Of a stretch of DNA of 64,000 nucleotides, positions 13,201 to 24,115 are shown piece by piece. The stretch is from positions 92,026,039-92,090,038 of the forward strand of contig NC_057718.1 of the NCBI RefSeq assembly GCF_004010195.1, written 5' to 3'. Below the pieces are notes generated by a model. That model was not told the origin of the DNA, did no database searches, and saw nothing but the letters and a program-made list of their open reading frames with translations. How positions within the stretch are numbered: the stretch's first letter is position 1; each line of letters opens with the position of its first letter. The DNA is from Chiloscyllium plagiosum (lineage: Eukaryota). Position numbers and translations under genes: made by a program.

Positions 13201-15571
13201 CAGATCATAGGTTTGGAAGATAAAGTGGTTTGTATGTGTCAAGTATTTTGAGTGCTGCAGCAACTGAATTCATGTGATCAAGTGAACAGTGCTCCAGCAA
13301 ACTCCGCAGAAGTGCTATGCAAATCATTGAGAAGTTATGGAGAGTTGGAGACAAATTACATGCCACAAAATTCTCAGCTGCCAACCTGTTTCTCAAAGCT
13401 ACATTATGCATTGGGTCAGCCGAGTCAAGTTGATAAACTAACCCCCTCAAACAGATCAACTCATTTGTGCGCCCTCTTTAAAATTGTATCATTTAGTATA
13501 GATTCCCTCTCCTGCTGATCACGTGTATCACTTCAGCAGTTAGTGATCCGGTTTGGAGCTTATAAAGACAAATCATATATTTTAATGAATTGTGAAACAC
13601 TGGTGAATGACAATTGGTTATCCACGTATACAAATCAGTAAAAACTAATTAACAGGCCAAAAAAGTAAGCAAACATTTATTAAACTGTTTAAGGGCAGTT
13701 ATATAAAGCCTCAGTGACATCCTATTTAGAATACTTTATAGACCAAAGGGTCTGATTCCGTGCTGTATGAGTCTATGAAGGTTTGGCACCTCATCTGAAG
13801 ACATATAACATTTGTTGAGGAGATACATGTACAGATTTGTACAAAGGTTTAAAGAGTTAAGTTACAAGAAAGACTGCATAAATTTGAATTATGTACCTTT
13901 CAGTTTGGAAAACTTACCACTTAACTGTTTGAAATATTAAAATGACTCAATGGAATGGAAAGACTGAAGCTATCATGTATATAAATTTCCTTGGACATGG
14001 TACACTCCTATTTGGGCAATATTATTGTGTCATACTCCTCAGATCAGATATTAAAACCTTCATCTGTAATGACAATAGATGGCATTACATATGACTGTCA
14101 CAGTGTACCCAGAAGACAATTAAGTTACCTAGTCATCTCCTGAAAGTGTCAATAGCCTTGAATACTTAGGTGTCTAGAAATGGATTCAAGCCCTGTGATA
14201 GAGGAAGTGCAACTTAAAATATAATGATCCAATCCCTGAATTAGCAAATGACAGTTGCAACCTGCAAGTAATAAAACAGCTGAAGTGAATAAAAGTCAAC
14301 AACTAAGCAGTCACACTTAGTCCAAACAAAATACAACCATGAAAAGTGGAAGACAGCTGATCAATTCGGATGATAACAATTTTAAAAATTAGATGGCCTC
14401 TTAATATATTCTCTATTATTACGCCCGCCATCACTCAAGCTCTTCTACTTGTCAACAAGATCTCAAAATCCAAAAGCTCCAAATTCCTAATAATACACCC
14501 ATAGAATCACTTGAACTTAAAAGTTCATTTAATTCTGATTTTCTATAGGTGATGCCATGAGTGATCCTCTTGTTATCGAAGGAGGTAGAATTCAATTGAA
14601 AAATCAAAGAACATTTTTATTTGATCTGCAAACAAATGCACTCCAAAAATCTAAAGTTAAACATGCCATTTTTCCATATCAAATCTACAAGTGTGTATAT
14701 TTCGATTGATGGAAGAGAAGAATTTAGATGAATTCCCAAGCTATGATACATGACTTTCTAGCCTAGGACATAGAGGTCATATATAATTTTAATTGATGAA
14801 CTCCTTAAGCAGCTGTACAAAACAATACAGTTGCCAATGCATTTGGCATGCAGCATAAAACTGCTCCCAATTAAGCACAAATATCAATTTCACTCAAAAG
14901 CCAAGAGATGTGCTGAAAAATAACAATGCAGAAACATGTTTGCCCTTGAATTAGAAAGAATCAAATTGTTTGGTCAGAATACAGAGAATACCAATTTGCC
15001 TCGAACCGTGGCAACTTGACCCAGACTGCTTGTTGCGAAAAAAGTAGACAAAATGGAATGTTCCATTCACCACCGCAGCATTGTTTCCTTTACTAAGCAC
15101 AAACTAAATCCCAAAGAGTTAAGTTTGGTTAATCAGTAAGTAAAGAGTTCAATAAGCCTTGTATCATACAGCATACATCAGGGTTCTCCAAGTTCCAACC
15201 TTTCTCAGCCAAATAAAGCGAATACTGTTTTTACGCTTCTTTAATTCACACTATCGATGGCTTCCGGGGACCTCTCTTGTCCTCACTGCCTGGATTCTGC
15301 AAACGACAGCACTCTCCTAACGTCCTCAGATAAACAAACTAGAGAACCCGGTGCTCCACTCATCTCCATGATAACATAGCCTGCACAATGAACTTTACCA
15401 TGACATTTAAGGCCTACTGAATGCTTTCGAGTTAATTTAGCTTCAAATCCCTCTGCAGTGCCACCATCACAAGCTGACCACAACAAGCTTTGCAGACACT
15501 GTTTCCAGCCAAGCAAACAAGCATAAAAAAAATCCTTTGCGAATTCGGAGTCTATCATTCTTCAAACAAAG

Positions 15572-15783
15572 TTAAAAATCACATGACAGCAGGTTATAAT
15601 CCAACCGGTTTATTTGGAGACATGAGGTTTCAGAGCACCATTCCTTCATCAGGTGCTCCACAACCATCTGATGAAGGAGCAGTCCTCCAAAACCTAGTGC
15701 TTCCAAATAAACCTGTTGGATTATAACCTGGTGTCGGGTAATTTTTAACTTGGTACACCCCAGTCTAACATCGGCACATCCAA
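15572..15783. mobile_element. Penelope-like family A fold-back element with two decayed hammerhead motifs
   Basis: Inverted arms ttaaaaatcac...ccttcatcagg and ctgatgaaggagc...tttttaac, with an extra tail on the right arm. Direct repeat atcattcttcaaacaaag at 15554-15571 and 15784-15801. Confidence 0.85.
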
Positions 15784-17511
15784 ATCATTCTTCAAACAAA
15801 GATGCAGAAAATTAGGATTTGACATATAGCAGAAAGCAAAGCAGTTCATACTGATTCTCAATTAATTGCAATCAGTAATTAATTTATACCTAAAAATTAA
15901 GGATGTCTATCAAGGTCACACCTAATGCAGAATCTGCTTTATTTAATATTACATAAACCTCAATTGAGATACAGGTGCAAAGAAACTCTGTAGAAGGAAC
16001 AAAAATTCCAAGTGTTCAAAGATGCTTTTTTATCCCATGAAAAAGAAAGCTATCTAAACTTATGAAAAAAGTTTCTATACTGCTTTCTGCAAAATCACAC
16101 ATACAATGCAAACATTGTTACAACAATTCAATACTTAGAAGTCCAGAAATATCCAAAGTGCCATACAAGTGCCATACAATTACAATTAAAGCATAATATA
16201 ACTGTTTACATTTTTGAGTTGTTTCTAAACTTTCTGAACAGGAGGTATACATGGATTTAGAATCTTGATTAACTAGATATTTAAAATTGAAAACTCTAAT
16301 ACCCTGTTCCAAGTTATAGTACAATACAGTGCACTGTTTCTCAATAACAATGCATAACCAATCTCAAACTGAACAATGATGTTCATTTAAATATTGCTTA
16401 AAATTCTTAACTTTACAACTGTCCAGCAAAGTTAATATCAAAAGCTATTTTATTTTGTGCCAAAATGGAAATGACTGGCTTGCAGAAAGAAGCCATGACA
16501 AAAAGCACATAGAAATGAGATTATCTTTGCCTTCTGAAAATGTGACAGCTCATGAAATCTGACTGCATATGAGTCCATGTTACCTACTCTCTGGGGGAAG
16601 CATATAAGAAAGCAGTGCACTGAGAGAAACGGAAAGGGAAAGCGACTCAGGAAGATGAGGGTCCAGTGCAGGGTAGGGAGGTTATGTGGAGCCTGGTGAG
16701 TTGGAGGGGCCAGGAAGATGGAGTTGTTTGGGGGATGGTGAGAGTGATAGAAGAGGGGAGACTGGGGGATGCAGAGTTTTGAGTGGAAATGAAACAGGAA
16801 TGGACAGAAGGGGGGACAGAGAAGCAAGATGCAGATGTGGAGAGTTTGAGAGACACAGGGGACCTGGCAGGTGGAAGGCCCAAGAGAGAGAGAGCAATGT
16901 GGCGAGGGGACGGGGTGACAAAAGACATGTGGTGTGCAGGGTTACAGGGGCAACAGATATGTGGTGCAACGGGGGGGGGGGGGGGGATGGCAGGGAGAGA
17001 CAGTACACCCCGGTCGACAGACCCACCGGGAGCACGGCGAGCCCGCTCGCCGCACGCGGTTCCACGCACACCCCCGAGGGGGGGCGGGGGGGCCGCGGGG
17101 GGGGGGGGGGGGTGTCAAGGGAAGGGTGCGTGAATCAGAGATGAGGTGCGTGTATTGTGGAGTGGGGGCAGGAGATGAGTGAACGTGAGAAGCTAACTTC
17201 ACTTTTGTGTTGGCGGGGTGGGGGAAGGTGGGGGTGTCGGTTATTATTTGTTGGGATTGCACCGACCGTCACGTTTACTGAGCCCTAATGGATTTCCTGC
17301 CGACACAACCTCGACGGCGCCTGCGCGCTTCCCGCTAGATTGGACCAGTTGTAGAGATGCCCTTCACTGGCGGAGGCGCGAGGTGAGGTGGAGCAGAGCG
17401 GAGCGGAGAGGCTGACCATACGGCCCATTCCTCACTCACCACCCCACCCCGGCAAGTTGTGTCGGCGCACGTCCCCATACCCTTCCCGCGTTTGCCCGCC
17501 TGGTCACCAAC

Positions 17512-17617
17512 CTAGCAGAGTCCTCAGGTGCTTGAGGCGGGTCAGCACATCCTTCTTTGGGTCCAGAACTTTCTGTGTAGATTTCTTGACGTCTCCATGA
17601 GCCTTTCTGGAAAACAT
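17512..17617 (-). CDS. RALGAPA2: Ral GTPase-activating protein catalytic subunit alpha-2, coding exon 1 (106 bp, phase 1)
   Basis: ATG at 17617 gives [35 protein letters not shown], then donor G|GTTGGT at 17511. From memory this matches the RALGAPA2 N-terminus ([35 protein letters not shown]) better than RALGAPA1 (..[17 protein letters not shown]). Confidence 0.93.
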
Positions 17618-17849
17618 TCCGTTCCGCGAGCGGCCCGAAACCTCCGTCTTGTTCGCACTCCAACCGCGCTCTCCCCTTTGCAACAGCCGGCCTCAAGCTC
17701 CCCGACGCATCTCCGCCGGCCTTTCAGATCCTTCTATTATTTTTGTTGCCCTTTTCTTCCTCCGGCTTTCTCGCCTCACTAACACGGCGTTCGGCTCACC
17801 TCCCGTTCTCCTGGTGTAAACACGGAACTCGCCGCCATACGCGCAACGG

Positions 17850-17931
17850 TCATTGGGTCCGCCTCGCGCGCCACCCACCCCCGTTGGGTAACGCCTCCTC
17901 TGACGTCTGACGCACTGCGTGGAGGCGGGGC
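17850..17931 (-). promoter_or_regulatory. Candidate proximal promoter motifs: CCAAT, two CRE-like sites, GC box
   Basis: attgg 17852-17856 (CCAAT on minus strand), tgacgtct 17901-17908, tgacgca 17908-17914 and gaggcggggc 17922-17931, about 230-310 bp upstream of the ATG. Motif matches only. Confidence 0.5.
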
Positions 17932-18840
17932 TTCGTGAAGTTGCCTGGCTCCGCACATCGAAGTCCTTCACAGCGCTCTGCGTGGAGTTGGGGTTTCAAG
18001 GCGTCCTCATCCACGGTTAAAAATTACATACCAGGTTTATTTAGAAGCACTAGTTTTCGAAGCGCTGCTTCTTCATCAGGTGGCTGTGGAGCAGGACCAT
18101 AAGACACAGAATTTTTGCAAACGTTTACAGTGTTATGTGGCTGAAATATATTAAACAAACTTAGATTAGGTCTTTCATCTTTTAGAATGGCTTTGTTAGT
18201 TTTGGTTTATTGATATCTATGTAAAACCCAGAACTCTTTTTAAGTTACAGTCTCAAGATAACTTTAGGTTTTCTAAAGAAATGTGTCATTTCAGCTCAGA
18301 CAATGCATTAAAGGGGTGAGGTTAAAGTCTGTCTGTGTCCCAATCTTGAGTCAGACTGGTTCTATTTCTAAAATGTGATTTACAGAATCTTACATGGATT
18401 GACTGTAGGTTATGCATTTTTTGAGTAAAGTATAATTGCAAATACAGATTAGCCCATAAATTTGTGCAGGAGAGACAGAGTGAGTGCACGTGAGAGTGTA
18501 TGTGTGAGGGAGTGTATAGTGTAGTGGGGTCATCTGTAGTGTGACATGAACCCAAGGTGCCGTTTGAGGCCTCAACTGGGACCTTGAGTTCATGTCACAC
18601 TGCAGGTGACCCCACGGCACTATATACTCCCACATATACACTAACACAGGCCCTCTCTCACAGGCACAGACATACACGCCCCACGCAGACACCCTCTCCC
18701 AGGCTGATACCCCATCACACTCACACACATACTTAACCAAGTGTATACACACTCTTAGGAGAAAGTGAGGACTGGAGATCAGAGCTGAAAATGTGTTGCT
18801 GGAAAAGCACAGCAAGTCAGGCAGCATCTAAGGAGCAGGA

Positions 18841-18880
18841 GAATCGACGTTTCGGGCATGAGCCCTTCTTCAGGAATGAG
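18841..18880 (-). ncRNA. Minimal type I hammerhead ribozyme motif, core intact
   Basis: Reverse complement: cucauuc CUGAAGA a GGGC ucau GCCC GAA ACGU C gauuc. Confidence 0.7.
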
Positions 18881-18975
18881 GCTATCAGAGCTGAAAATGT
18901 GTTGCTGGAAAAGCACAGCAGGTCAGGCAGCATCCAAGGAGCAGGAGAATCAACGTTTCGGGCATGAGCCCTTCC

Positions 18976-19014
18976 TCATTCCTGAAGAAGGGCTCATGCC
19001 CGAAACGTCGATTC
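18976..19014 (+). ncRNA. Minimal type I hammerhead ribozyme motif, core intact; predicted cleavage after C19009
   Basis: CTGAAGA 18982-18988, an extra A, stem II GGGC/GCCC, GAAA, palindromic ACGT and a GTC triplet. Confidence 0.7.
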
Positions 19015-19904
19015 TCCTGCTCCTTGGATGCTGCCTGACTTGCTGTGCTTTTCCAGCAACACATTTTCAGCTATACACACTCTCACATGTACTCACACAC
19101 ACTCATTCTGTCTCTCCATGCACATATATTATTTTATGCGGTAAACCTGTATTTGTAGAATTACATTTTATTTTGCTCAAAAAATGCATAACCTACAGTC
19201 AATCCATGTAAGATTCTGTAAATCCCACATTAGAAATAGAACCAGTCTGACTCAAGATTGGGACACAGACAGATCTTAACCTCACACCTTTAATGCCTTG
19301 TTTGAGCTGAAATGACACATTTGTAAGAAGAACTGAAGTTATCTTGAAAATGTAACTTAAAAGGAGTTCTGGGATTTACATATTAACAAACGTAAACTAG
19401 CAAAACCATTCTAATAGATGAAAGACATAATCTAAGTTTGTTTAATATATTTCAGCTATACGACACTGTAACATTTGCTATAAATTCTGTGTCTTATGTC
19501 CTGCTGTACAACCACCTGATGAAGAAGCAGTGCTTTGAAAGCTGGTGCTTCCAAATAAACCTGTTGGACTATAACCAGGGTGTCGTGTAATTTTAACTTT
19601 GTCCACCCCAGTCTAACTCCAGCTCCTCCAAATCACTCATCCAGGGTGTCCACCTCAGGGTTGTGCCTGTGCAGTGGTGAACCAAGACAGTGTGGAGGCC
19701 GGGCTTTGCGTTCCCACATCCCCATGACCCCACCCACTATCCAGCACATGGTGAGTATTTTGCAACATCTCCATACCCAACAATAATGAATGGTGTTTGG
19801 CTGTAAACATTTTCGTCCAATTACTCACACATATGGTGATACACATCCGGTTGGAAAACTTAAACTGAGCCCTACCACTGCAACACAAGAGCCCTAATTA
19901 ACCT

Positions 19905-20135
19905 GTTAGCCTGTGGAATTCTCTTCCACAGAAAACAGTTGAGACCAAAGTATTGTATGTTTTCAAAGAATTGATTATAATTCTTAGGGCTAAAGGGATC
20001 AAAGGGTATGAGGAGAAAACAGGAACTCAGGTGGATGAACAGTCATGAACATATTGGATGGTGAACAGGCTGGAAGGGCTGAGTGACCTACACCTGCTAT
20101 TATTTTCTGCGTTTCTGCTACCTATGTAATCTATT
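19905..20135 (+). mobile_element. CR1 3' end fragment
   Basis: ctgtggaattctcttccacagaaaacagttgag...aaagggatcaaagggtatgaggagaaaacagg tail pattern. Confidence 0.7.
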
Positions 20136-20599
20136 TTTCTGATGAGTGAATTTCCTGTTTCAACCCACCCACTGTTTGCAAATGTCTTGGTTCCACCCAT
20201 CACCCACATATTGCAACAGTCCATCTGTGGTTCTCCTTACCCTACTTCATTGTCTTTTTCAAGAGCCAACCTGACTATAATTCCGACCAAATTCACATTT
20301 CTTCTTCCAAAGACTGATTCAACAATGCCTCAATCCTTTTGTGTCTGCTGTTCTGCCTTGCAGCTCCTCAGTACAGCTCCCCCCACCTTCCTATTCACTC
20401 TCTGTCTTCTTCTTTCCTCCTCTACTCGCCACATCATGTTCTCTTGACTTTCTTTGTCCTTCCCATTTCCCTGGGCCCTTATGTTTGTTCAGTTATTCTC
20501 CAACCTTTGATGTGGTTTGACTGGAAAAATGTAACCTTGTCTTGACTATCCAGGTGCAATGCCATATTTATCAGAGTGTGGACACATCAGTACATGCAT

Positions 20600-21515
20600 G
20601 ATTAGAGTCATAGAGATGTACAGCATGGAAACAGACCCTTTGGTTCAAATCATCCATGCTGACCAGATATCCCAACCCAATCTAGTCCCACCTGCCAGCA
20701 CCCAGCCCATATCCCTCCAGACCCTTCCTATTCATATACCCATCCAAATGCCTCTTAAATGTTGCAATTGTACCAGCCTCCACCACTTCCTCTGGCAGTT
20801 CATTCCATACACGTACCACCCTCTGCGTGAAAAAATTACCCCGTGGGTCTCTTTTATATCTTTCCCCTCTCACCCTAAACCTATGCCCTCTCGTTCTGGA
20901 CTCCCCGATCCCAGGGAAAAGACCTTGTCGATTTATCCTATCCATGCCTCTCATAATTTTGTAAACCTCTATAAGGTCACCCTTCAGCCTCCGACGCTCC
21001 AGGGAAACAGCCCCAGGNNNNNNNNNNNNNNNNNNNNNNNNNNNNNNNNNNNNNNNNNNNNNNNNNNNNNNNNNNNNNNNNNNNNNNNNNNNNNNNNNNN
21101 NNNNNNNNNNNNNNNNNNNNNNNNNNNNNNNNNNNNNNNNNNNNNNNNNNNNNNNNNNNNNNNNNNNNNNNNNNNNNNNNNNNNNNNNNNNNNNNNNNNN
21201 NNNNNNNNNNNNNNNNNNNNNNNNNNNNNNNNNNNNNNNNNNNNNNNNNNNNCACTACACCTCCAATTTTGGTGTCATCTGCAAACTTACTAACTGTACC
21301 CCTTATGCTCGCATCCAAATCATTTATGTAAATGACAAAAGGTAGTGGACCCAGCACCAATCCTTGTGGCACTCCACTGGTCACAGACCTCCAGTCTGAA
21401 AAACAACCCTCCACCACCACCCTCTGTCTTCTACCTTTAACCCCGTTCTGTATCCAAATGAATAGTTTTCCCTGTATTTCATTGGATCTAACCTTGCTAA
21501 TCAGTCTCCCATGTT
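20600..21515 (-). mobile_element. CR1 LINE RT and 3' end, spanning the assembly gap
   Basis: ORF 20977..21525 has GVPQGLVLGP and FADDTKIGG. ORF 20682..20954 has RTRGHRFRVRG. Confidence 0.9.
21018..21252. other. Assembly gap (235 N)
   Basis: Run of n characters. Confidence 1.
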
Positions 21516-23227
21516 TATAAATCATTAATATTGTATCTTAAAGGCTTCATTCTGCTTATGTTGCCTCTGCAACTGCAGGGGTGCACTCAAAGCCTATACA
21601 GTCACAGTAGCTATGACGTCACTGCCAGCAATCCTGCAATAATATGCTTGCATCGCAGAATACAAGCAATAAAATTAGTGTTTTCAAATATTTTAAGAGA
21701 AATCAAACCTGAGGTTGTGATTTGTGCACTGCCTGACTCCCGAAATTTGACTGCCCAAGTCCTGACCCCTCACTGACATCATCAATGTGCACCTCGAATC
21801 TGCAACTGACAGACCCCTCACTTCTTTGCTCTCACTGCCTTTCTATTCATTGTCCTAGGAGTGATGAAACAAGGCGGTGAGTGAGACATCACTGTCTCAG
21901 AATGATCAGGTGTGCATGCAGTCAGGTAGGTGCCAAATGGGACTGGGTACCAAGTGAGAGTGGTGAGAGTTTCTTGGGCGCAGTGGCACAGTGCTTGTGC
22001 ATATGGGGGTCAGTCATTGACAGCTTCTGGTTCCAGGTGCACATTGATGATGTTAGTGTCATGGAACATCCGGTTTCAGTGTGGTACAAGATATTATATT
22101 TTTAAAACTTGACAAGAAAAAATAGTTCCAGATACACAAGATAGGATTGTCAGATGAAATTGTGGATTGAATTCTCTTGTCATTTGACAGTGCAAAGTTG
22201 ACTTTTGACTTGATTGTGCCACACTATGGTTTCAGACAGGGGATAATCACAATTCCTCAGTACCATCATCATAAAACTTGCAATTTTTTTGTCAAAAACA
22301 AAAGTAGGCTGCCACTTAAAATCACAGGGTTGGAGAAGATGTGGACAGCTGATTATGTTATCACAATTCTTTATTTGGACTATGACTCAACATTTGCCAC
22401 AAGGGGATGTGGGTAAGGTTTTTTTCCCCAAACTAAAACTTATAGCAGAAATTCAGACTGCTTTTGAGCAGAGCAGGGAGAATTCCATTAGATCAAGAGG
22501 AGTCTAGCACACAAGATAGCAGTCAACTCTGCAGCCAGTACATTTGAAGAGAATGAAGGACATTCTCTTTTACAATCTTGTGATGAAAACTGTGTACATA
22601 TTAATATCATTTTTTAATTGATTTTAAAATAGTGGTATATGGATTTTAATTACTGATCTGAAAGATTTGTTTTTTGTAAGCAACCAAATCCAGTATGTGC
22701 CAGAGAGCTGAGAACCCCCTGGAGTGTTAATGGAAAGTTGTATTACTGTAGGAGTTTGAGAAGTAGGCAATCTTTGAAGGCTCATTTTTGGTTCAAGAAT
22801 TAATTTTTAGTTTAGAAAAACAACAGTGATTGAAAGTTTCTAGGGCATTTTGAAGGAGACTGGGATCAGAAGCAAGTTTAGTCTCCTAGAAAGCAGCTTT
22901 CTCAGAGCAATTAAGAGAATAACAACTCGGCAGAAACATTATAGTTTATGCAATATCCAGACCAGGAGTATGTGGTTAGAAATCCAGAGGCTGTTCAAAA
23001 CTAGAAAATCTAGGTTGTCAGTCTTAAGTATCTGTGTGAGAAGAGTCCACAGGACAAACTGGAGAAAATTGATTAAAACAAATTTTAAAATTATAGTAGT
23101 GTAATTTCTCTGAATTTGAATTGCTGCAAATTGATGGTGATGGGAAAAAGGTGAAACTTTGGGTATTTTACGACTTTTTAAAACAGTGTTATACATCTAA
23201 ATAGCTTGATCGTCTTTGATTTAATCC

Positions 23228-24115
23228 AGCATGGAAACAGACCTTTCAGTCCAACTTGGCCTTGCCAACCAGATATCCTAATTTAATCTACTCCCATTTG
23301 CCAGCATTTTGCTCATATCCCTCTAAATCCTTCCTATTCATATACCCATCCAGATGCCTTTTAAATGGTGTAATTGTACCAGCCTCAACCACTCCGTCTG
23401 GCAGCTCATACGTGCACCACCCTTTGCGGGAAAACGTTGCCCCTTAGGTCCCTTTTAAATCTTTCCCCTCTCACCTTAAACCTATGCCCTTTAGTTTTGG
23501 ACTCCCCTATCCAGGGAAAAGACCTGAACTATTCACCCTATCTCTGCCCCTCCATGATTTTATAAACTTCCATAAAGTTACCCCTCAGCCTCAAATGCTC
23601 CAGAGAAAATAGCCCCAGCCTATTCAGCATCTCCCTCTTGCTCAAACTCTCCAACCCTGACAATATCCCTCACCAATAAAGGCAAGTGTACCAAGCACCT
23701 TCTTCACTATCCTGTCTACCTGCGACTCCACTTTCAAGGAACAATGAACCTATTCTCTAAAGTCTCTTTGTTCAACAACACTCTGTGGAACCTTATCATT
23801 AAATGTAAAAGTCCTACTCTGATTTGCCTTTCCAAAATGCAGCACCTCATATTTATCTAAATTAAATTCCATTTGCCATTCCTCGGCCCATCTGGTCAAG
23901 GTTCTGTTGTATTCTGAGGTAACGTACTTCGTTGTCCACGACACAACCAATTTTGGTGTCATTGCAAATTTACTAACCATACCTCTTATGTTCACATCCA
24001 AATCATTTATATAAATGACAAAAACCAGTTTACCCAGCACTGATCCTGGCAGCACACCGTTGGTCACAGGTCTCCAGGCTGGAAAGCAACCCTCCATCGC
24101 CATGCTCTGTCTTTT
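23228..24115 (-). mobile_element. CR1 LINE RT and 3' end with internal deletions
   Basis: ORF 23750..24103 has GVLPGSVLG, IYINDLD and WQMEFNLDKYEVLHFG; CR1 tail at about 23230-23350. Confidence 0.88.

Larger units (their letters stand above)
16960..18010. promoter_or_regulatory. CpG island spanning the RALGAPA2 promoter, exon 1 and start of intron 1
   Basis: Abrupt GC- and CpG-rich stretch in an otherwise AT-rich, CpG-depleted window; contains the RALGAPA2 start codon. Confidence 0.9.
18756..19071. mobile_element. Penelope-like family B insert: two tandem minus-strand units plus one inverted unit
   Basis: Unit atcagagctgaaaatgtgttgctgg... at 18778 and 18884 (period about 106), then an inverted copy at 18974-19071. 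TSD tatacacactct at 18744-18755 and 19072-19083. Confidence 0.9.
18017..19635. mobile_element. Large Penelope-like family A fold-back element (inverted at 18569/18570)
   Basis: 18017-18569 is the diverged reverse complement of 18570-19600 once the nested insert is removed. The centre ttgagg|cctcaa lies in the last codons of the GIY-YIG ORF (GLNWDLEFMSHCR*). Flanking repeat ctcatccaNggt at 18006-18017 and 19636-19647. Confidence 0.88.

Noticed and set aside
16450..17971. Many overlapping 60-150 aa ORFs around the CpG island
   Set aside because: Low-complexity, GC-driven open frames, often with non-ATG starts; the real coding frame is the short RALGAPA2 exon.
18778..19071. Repeated palindromic units as a CRISPR array
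   Set aside because: No unique spacers or cas genes, eukaryotic context, and explained as Penelope termini.
20559..21293. ORF MYSMETDPLVQ..., recurring at 61304 and 56328, which looks like a gene family
   Set aside because: Antisense translation of the CR1 3' end.
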